From NCBI GenBank assembly GCA_965248755.1, contig OZ252149.1:3936001-4000000 (forward strand): 64,000 nt of DNA, read 5' to 3'. The notes beneath the pieces were generated by a model. That model did no database searches and was not told where the DNA came from. It saw only the letters and a list, made by a program, of their open reading frames with translations. The stretch's first letter is position 1; each line of letters opens with the position of its first letter. The position numbers and the translations under genes were made by a program. Positions 59,844 through 64,000 of the stretch are shown here, one piece after another. The stretch comes from Candidatus Latescibacterota bacterium. GTDB lineage: Bacteria > Latescibacterota > CBDEFO01.

Positions 59844-61583
59844 ATGGTTATAGCAAAGATGAATAGTGCCCTCGTGTCTAAATATATAAAGATTACTATC
59901 TTACTACTCTTGGGCTTCCTCTTTACAAAAGCTACAGGTCAAGCTATAGTCAGTTTTTCAGAGAGTGGAGAATTAAGCTTAGGAATTATGGGGCGCGGGA
60001 TGTTAGTTCCCCTGTTTTACCTTTCCTTGCTCATTTTCTTATTAAATGTTGACCCTGCGGAGTTGCTCTCCTCATTCAAGAGATTTGACATCACTTTAGG
60101 ACATGTTCTTCTGGTGCTCCCGTTGTCCCTAGCTTTTGGGTATTTTTCCCTAGGAATAGCCACTTATGGAGCAACTTATTCCATATTGGGTATTATCGTG
60201 GTATCAGGGTTTTTGTGGTCGCTCTTTCTGCTAGTCACTCGAGATGATGTGTATGGTCTATCTCTTGCCTTTGTAACTCTCCCCTTTCTCAGCTTCTTAG
60301 AGTGGGATCTTATTCGGAATACTCCATTAGGAGGTGGAGTGTGGGGACCGATCTTTATTACACCTACTGTCGTCTATATCTGGCTTGTCTTTCTTGCTTG
60401 GGCGATGGGAAGGGCCATCCGCAGGCAGGGCATAGTTAGAACCCCCCTGGATAAGTATACAGCCCTTTGGGCCTTCTTTTTGCTCATATCTTCTCTGCTT
60501 TCGGGTAATATTTACAAGAATTTACAGGCTGTTTATTTAACTTTCCTGGGACTTTTGTTCTTTTTTGTCGTGGTGGGCACAGTCCGCACTAAAAAGGATA
60601 TAGTGTTTTTTCTTTCTGCTGTAACGGTCTGGGGGATTTTAAGAGTTCTTTTTTCCTATTATCAGTTTCTGCGTTTTACCGATTTCGATAAGGTTAAGGC
60701 CTTCAATCTTTACGACCCCAAAATGTATTATGCCATCGCGCACGTGGGTGAATTAGCTCTGATATGTCTTTTTATGATTCCCATATCTATTAGCGCGGCG
60801 CTTTTAGCTTCCAGCCGTCTTCAAAGATTGTCCTTTAGACCTATACCGGTTATTTTGAGTTTTATTCTGATCTGTACGTATGTACGATCAGGTTTGGTCG
60901 TCTTTACTTTGACCTTGCCTATGCTCTTTTTGTACAGAATTAGGAGTAGAAGATATTGGGCTGTTGGTTTGATAGCTGTGGTTCTGTCTGGGATCGGTTA
61001 TGGTCTGGTCGGCAATTGGGAGCTCTTCTCACGTTTTACGGCCTGGGACTCGATTTCAGGTTTTATCTATCAGGAAAGGATGCGTATAGACGCTTTTTCA
61101 TCAGCCCTGAAGATAATGTGGGATTATCCTTTGGGAATAGGTCTCGATATGTGGAACGACTATTTTCCTTCCTATTCTACGTTGAGCCATGATTGGGAAA
61201 TTATGTTTGTCAGTTCCGCGCATAACCTCTTCTTGCACTACGGCACAGGAGGAGGGGTCGGTGCTTTGGCGACTTTGATAGCTTTTGTGGTATTTGTTTT
61301 CAGACAGATAATTTACGTTTACCGAAGGACAGAAGACATGGTCGTACACACGGTCGCTACCGGGCTACTCTGGAGCTTTTCCTCGCTTGCTATATTAGGT
61401 TCCGTAGGGGGACTGGGCTATATCTATATTATAACACCGAGGCGCCAGATACTGATAGATATAGGACTCCTATTCTGGACGTTGATCGGTTCTATTATGG
61501 CTTTGAGAAATATACAAGCTCGCCAGGAGAGAGATGAGGGCATGAAAGATACTGATTATTATATGCGTTATGGTCGAGTGTAA
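59844..61583 (+). CDS. O-antigen ligase/polymerase (Wzy_C) family protein
   Basis: Many TMs; TYVRSG, YPLGIG, SAHNLFLH. Confidence 0.8.
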   Translation: MVIAKMNSALVSKYIKITILLLLGFLFTKATGQAIVSFSESGELSLGIMGRGMLVPLFYLSLLIFLLNVDPAELLSSFKRFDITLGHVLLVLPLSLAFGYFSLGIATYGATYSILGIIVVSGFLWSLFLLVTRDDVYGLSLAFVTLPFLSFLEWDLIRNTPLGGGVWGPIFITPTVVYIWLVFLAWAMGRAIRRQGIVRTPLDKYTALWAFFLLISSLLSGNIYKNLQAVYLTFLGLLFFFVVVGTVRTKKDIVFFLSAVTVWGILRVLFSYYQFLRFTDFDKVKAFNLYDPKMYYAIAHVGELALICLFMIPISISAALLASSRLQRLSFRPIPVILSFILICTYVRSGLVVFTLTLPMLFLYRIRSRRYWAVGLIAVVLSGIGYGLVGNWELFSRFTAWDSISGFIYQERMRIDAFSSALKIMWDYPLGIGLDMWNDYFPSYSTLSHDWEIMFVSSAHNLFLHYGTGGGVGALATLIAFVVFVFRQIIYVYRRTEDMVVHTVATGLLWSFSSLAILGSVGGLGYIYIITPRRQILIDIGLLFWTLIGSIMALRNIQARQERDEGMKDTDYYMRYGRV

Positions 61584-63207
61584 AATGGAATCTCTCCGTC
61601 ATAAGCTTATTAAAAACACTGCTCTTAATACAATTGGCCGCATGTGGGGTGTAGTGCTCAGCTTCCTTTTGATGCCGTATATTGTCTTAAAGCTGGGAAA
61701 TGAAGCTTTCGGCGTTTGGGCTGTGGTCGGAGTTATCATAAGCTATTTTATGTTGACGGACTTCGGCGTGGGATGGTCCTTCGTCAAGTATATATCTGAA
61801 TACTACGCCAAGAAGGATTATAGATCTATAAATCAAGTCGTAAATACGGGATTTGTGTTCTATACAGGGGTTGCAGTCATTATCCTCCTTTTAGCTTTAG
61901 GGCTAAATCGTTTGCTCTTAAGCCTCTTTAAGGTCTCTCCTGATCTGATGAATGATGCGACGTTTGCTCTTATAGGGTCTGCCCTGATAGTAGCGTTAGG
62001 AAGACCCTTCGGCGGCTTCGGAGCGATAATTATAGGACTGCAAAGATATGACATAAGAAACGGCCTCGATATTTTTCAGTCGCTTATCAATGCAGCCGGG
62101 ACTGTAGCAGTTTTGGAGTTAGGTTATGGGCTTAAGGGGCTTATTATCAACGGCCTTTGTCTTTCAGTTGCAAGTATAGTTTTAAGTGTGGTCTTCGCCT
62201 ACCGGCTCCTCCCTGAGCTCAGGTTCAATCCCTTCTCGTTTTGGGACCGAACAATCTTTAAAAAGCTGTTCAGTTACGGCGCTACGCTTCAGGTAAATAA
62301 CCTTTCCAATTTGATAAATATGCAGGTGGGTAAACTCCTTTTAGGATATTTTTTGAATGTATCTGTAGTCACGTTCTACGAGGTAGGTACGAGGATAGCT
62401 CATCTTGCAAGGTCGGGACCTATGTTACTTTTGGGGGCTATAATACCTATGGCATCCGAGTTAGACGCCAAGGCGGATAGAGCGACCCTTGAAAGGCTCT
62501 ATATGAGAGGGTCTAAATATATGGTAATTCCGAGCGTGCCGCTTGTCCTTTTTATCCTTATGACCGCTCCTGTGATCATATCCGCTTGGATGGGGCCGTT
62601 TGGCTATGACGGGTCAATCGACTACGGGGTCCTTGATAATTTTGAATCCCTTGTCGTGTTAGTTCAACTGATGACTATTGGATATTTCATGCACGTGCTT
62701 ACAGGGATGGGGACTAGTATATCAAGAGGCATGGGCCGGCTGAAATATGAATTGGTGGCATTGTCTCCAATTTTAATAGTGCATGTAGCTCTTAATTTAG
62801 TTTTGATCCCCAAGATGGGCTTAAAAGGAGCGGCTATCGGCGCTGCTTCGTCTTTTGCGATGTGTTCAATAGTAAATATAGTCTGGACATTTAAAAGGAT
62901 TATAGGCGGCTCCTTCCTTCAATTTTTAGAGGCGATATATCTCAAGCCCTTCTGCGCGGCGCTCTTAGCAGGGGTGTCTATTTACTGGATGGACGATCTG
63001 TTTTCCTTTTTTTCATTTCCTCCGGGAAGGGTAAAATATCTTGCGATGTTGGGAACAGAAGGTCTGATCTTCTTCGGGGTCTATTTTGCTGTGATTCTCT
63101 GGATTGGGTACATAGATGAGTATGACAGGCATCTTGTGCTGGGATATTGGAATTCTGCAAAAGCTCTGCTCAGAAAAGATCGGAGACGTACAGTGGTTGA
63201 AGGGTAA
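61570..63207 (+). CDS. Polysaccharide flippase (Wzx-like)
   Basis: LIKNTALN, LGNEAFGVWA, DFGVG, LIPKMGLKGAAIG. Confidence 0.85.
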   Translation: MVECKMESLRHKLIKNTALNTIGRMWGVVLSFLLMPYIVLKLGNEAFGVWAVVGVIISYFMLTDFGVGWSFVKYISEYYAKKDYRSINQVVNTGFVFYTGVAVIILLLALGLNRLLLSLFKVSPDLMNDATFALIGSALIVALGRPFGGFGAIIIGLQRYDIRNGLDIFQSLINAAGTVAVLELGYGLKGLIINGLCLSVASIVLSVVFAYRLLPELRFNPFSFWDRTIFKKLFSYGATLQVNNLSNLINMQVGKLLLGYFLNVSVVTFYEVGTRIAHLARSGPMLLLGAIIPMASELDAKADRATLERLYMRGSKYMVIPSVPLVLFILMTAPVIISAWMGPFGYDGSIDYGVLDNFESLVVLVQLMTIGYFMHVLTGMGTSISRGMGRLKYELVALSPILIVHVALNLVLIPKMGLKGAAIGAASSFAMCSIVNIVWTFKRIIGGSFLQFLEAIYLKPFCAALLAGVSIYWMDDLFSFFSFPPGRVKYLAMLGTEGLIFFGVYFAVILWIGYIDEYDRHLVLGYWNSAKALLRKDRRRTVVEG

Positions 63208-63285
63208 GGTATTAGATCGTGTGTTACGTGACTTCGATATTGATCCGAAGCGATAAAAACAACCCGCATAAATAGGAAAGCGGGA

Positions 63286-63954
63286 ATGTCTTTGTACAAA
63301 TCGTTAAAACGTGTGCTATTAAACCTGGAACGATGGATATATGCCGGATCACCGCAATGGTTACAGGATACATTAACTAAGCTTTAGCGAAAGGTCGATA
63401 TTAAGGCGCTGAAGCGCAGAGGTCCAGTAAAGTTACATATAGGATGTGGTGCCTGGATTAAATACGATTATATCAATATTGATAAGTATCATCCCAAGGC
63501 AGATGAAAAGATAGATGCTTGCCGTTTGGAGGGTTATAAAGATAACTCGGTGGACGAAATCTTGGCAAGCCACCTGATAGAACATCTCCCAAGGCATGAT
63601 GTTATAAGAGCCCTCAGGGAATGGTATAGGGTATTGAAGATAGGTGGCAAGTTGATAGTAAGATGCCCGAATTTTGAGTTATACGTAAGGGAGTGGTTAG
63701 AGGAAAGTCCAGATTATAGAGAAGGGCAAGGAATGATGAACATTTTTGGGCACGATTAGGAAGGCTGGTATCATACACAGGGATTCACGAAAGATATGTT
63801 AGAAAGGTGAGTCAAGGACGCGGGATTTTCAATAGTGAAAATAGAAATTACGAAGAATCCCTGGCATAAGTCCGGGCATCCCGAATATAGAGAAAATGGC
63901 GATATCTATTGTGAGGCGGTAAAAATCAGTACGTCAAGAAGCACTGAAGAATAA
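63286..63954 (+). pseudogene. SAM-dependent methyltransferase (type 11) with three in-frame stops
   Basis: KLHIGCG...YINID...SHLIEHL...EWYRVLKIGG in one frame; stops at 63385, 63757 and 63808. Confidence 0.85.
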
Positions 63955-64000
63955 GGCACCTGGTAAATAGTTTGGAGTATAGATTAGTCCATTAGCGTGA

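Noticed and set aside
63286..63954. Stop-codon reassignment or selenocysteine/pyrrolysine readthrough
   Set aside because: Internal stops in the window are of all three types (TAA, TAG, TGA), and intact genes terminate with all three

Overview
Bacterial chromosomal window. FlgD-Ig/'QNYPNPFN' secretion-type C-terminal domains, a 'T(W)GRIK' C-terminal tag and dockerin-like EF-hands suggest an FCB-group candidate phylum such as Latescibacterota (inference only). 1-12.2 kb: phage-satellite/ICE-like region with a SWIM protein, mirror-image divergent promoters, Xre and Xis-like HTH proteins, a Prim-Pol/helicase replicase, a TerS-like gene and a dif-like site, plus decayed secreted-protein genes. 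12.2-27.3 kb: dinB and CocE fragments, metabolic and transport genes, and a PspA-YqiJ-flotillin operon. Mobile elements are two 1266-bp IS3-family copies (9977 and 21239) and an IS1380 that appears to define a larger TSD-flanked unit. 27.6-41 kb: the most unusual feature, a consensus sigma70 promoter ahead of an operon containing a 4x tandem array of a ~3.1-kb unit (TPR protein, secreted Cys-His-Asp transglutaminase-like protein, secreted partner with FlgD-like tail). The array junctions lie in the QNYPNPFN microhomology and the four copies are combinatorial mosaics of alternative sequence blocks. This is either a real diversifying locus or an assembly chimera. 41-64 kb: aquaporin, sodA, frameshifted Fur/PerR, Nramp, a sigma54 two-component system, a gamma-carboxylase-like HTTM gene next to an Asp-repeat protein, a lytic transglycosylase, PTS IIA, a sigma70 factor, gatC with a pseudogenised gatA, and the start of a Wzc/Wzy/Wzx polysaccharide locus. 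Many genes carry nonsense or frameshift lesions. No rRNA, tRNA or CRISPR array was recognised.
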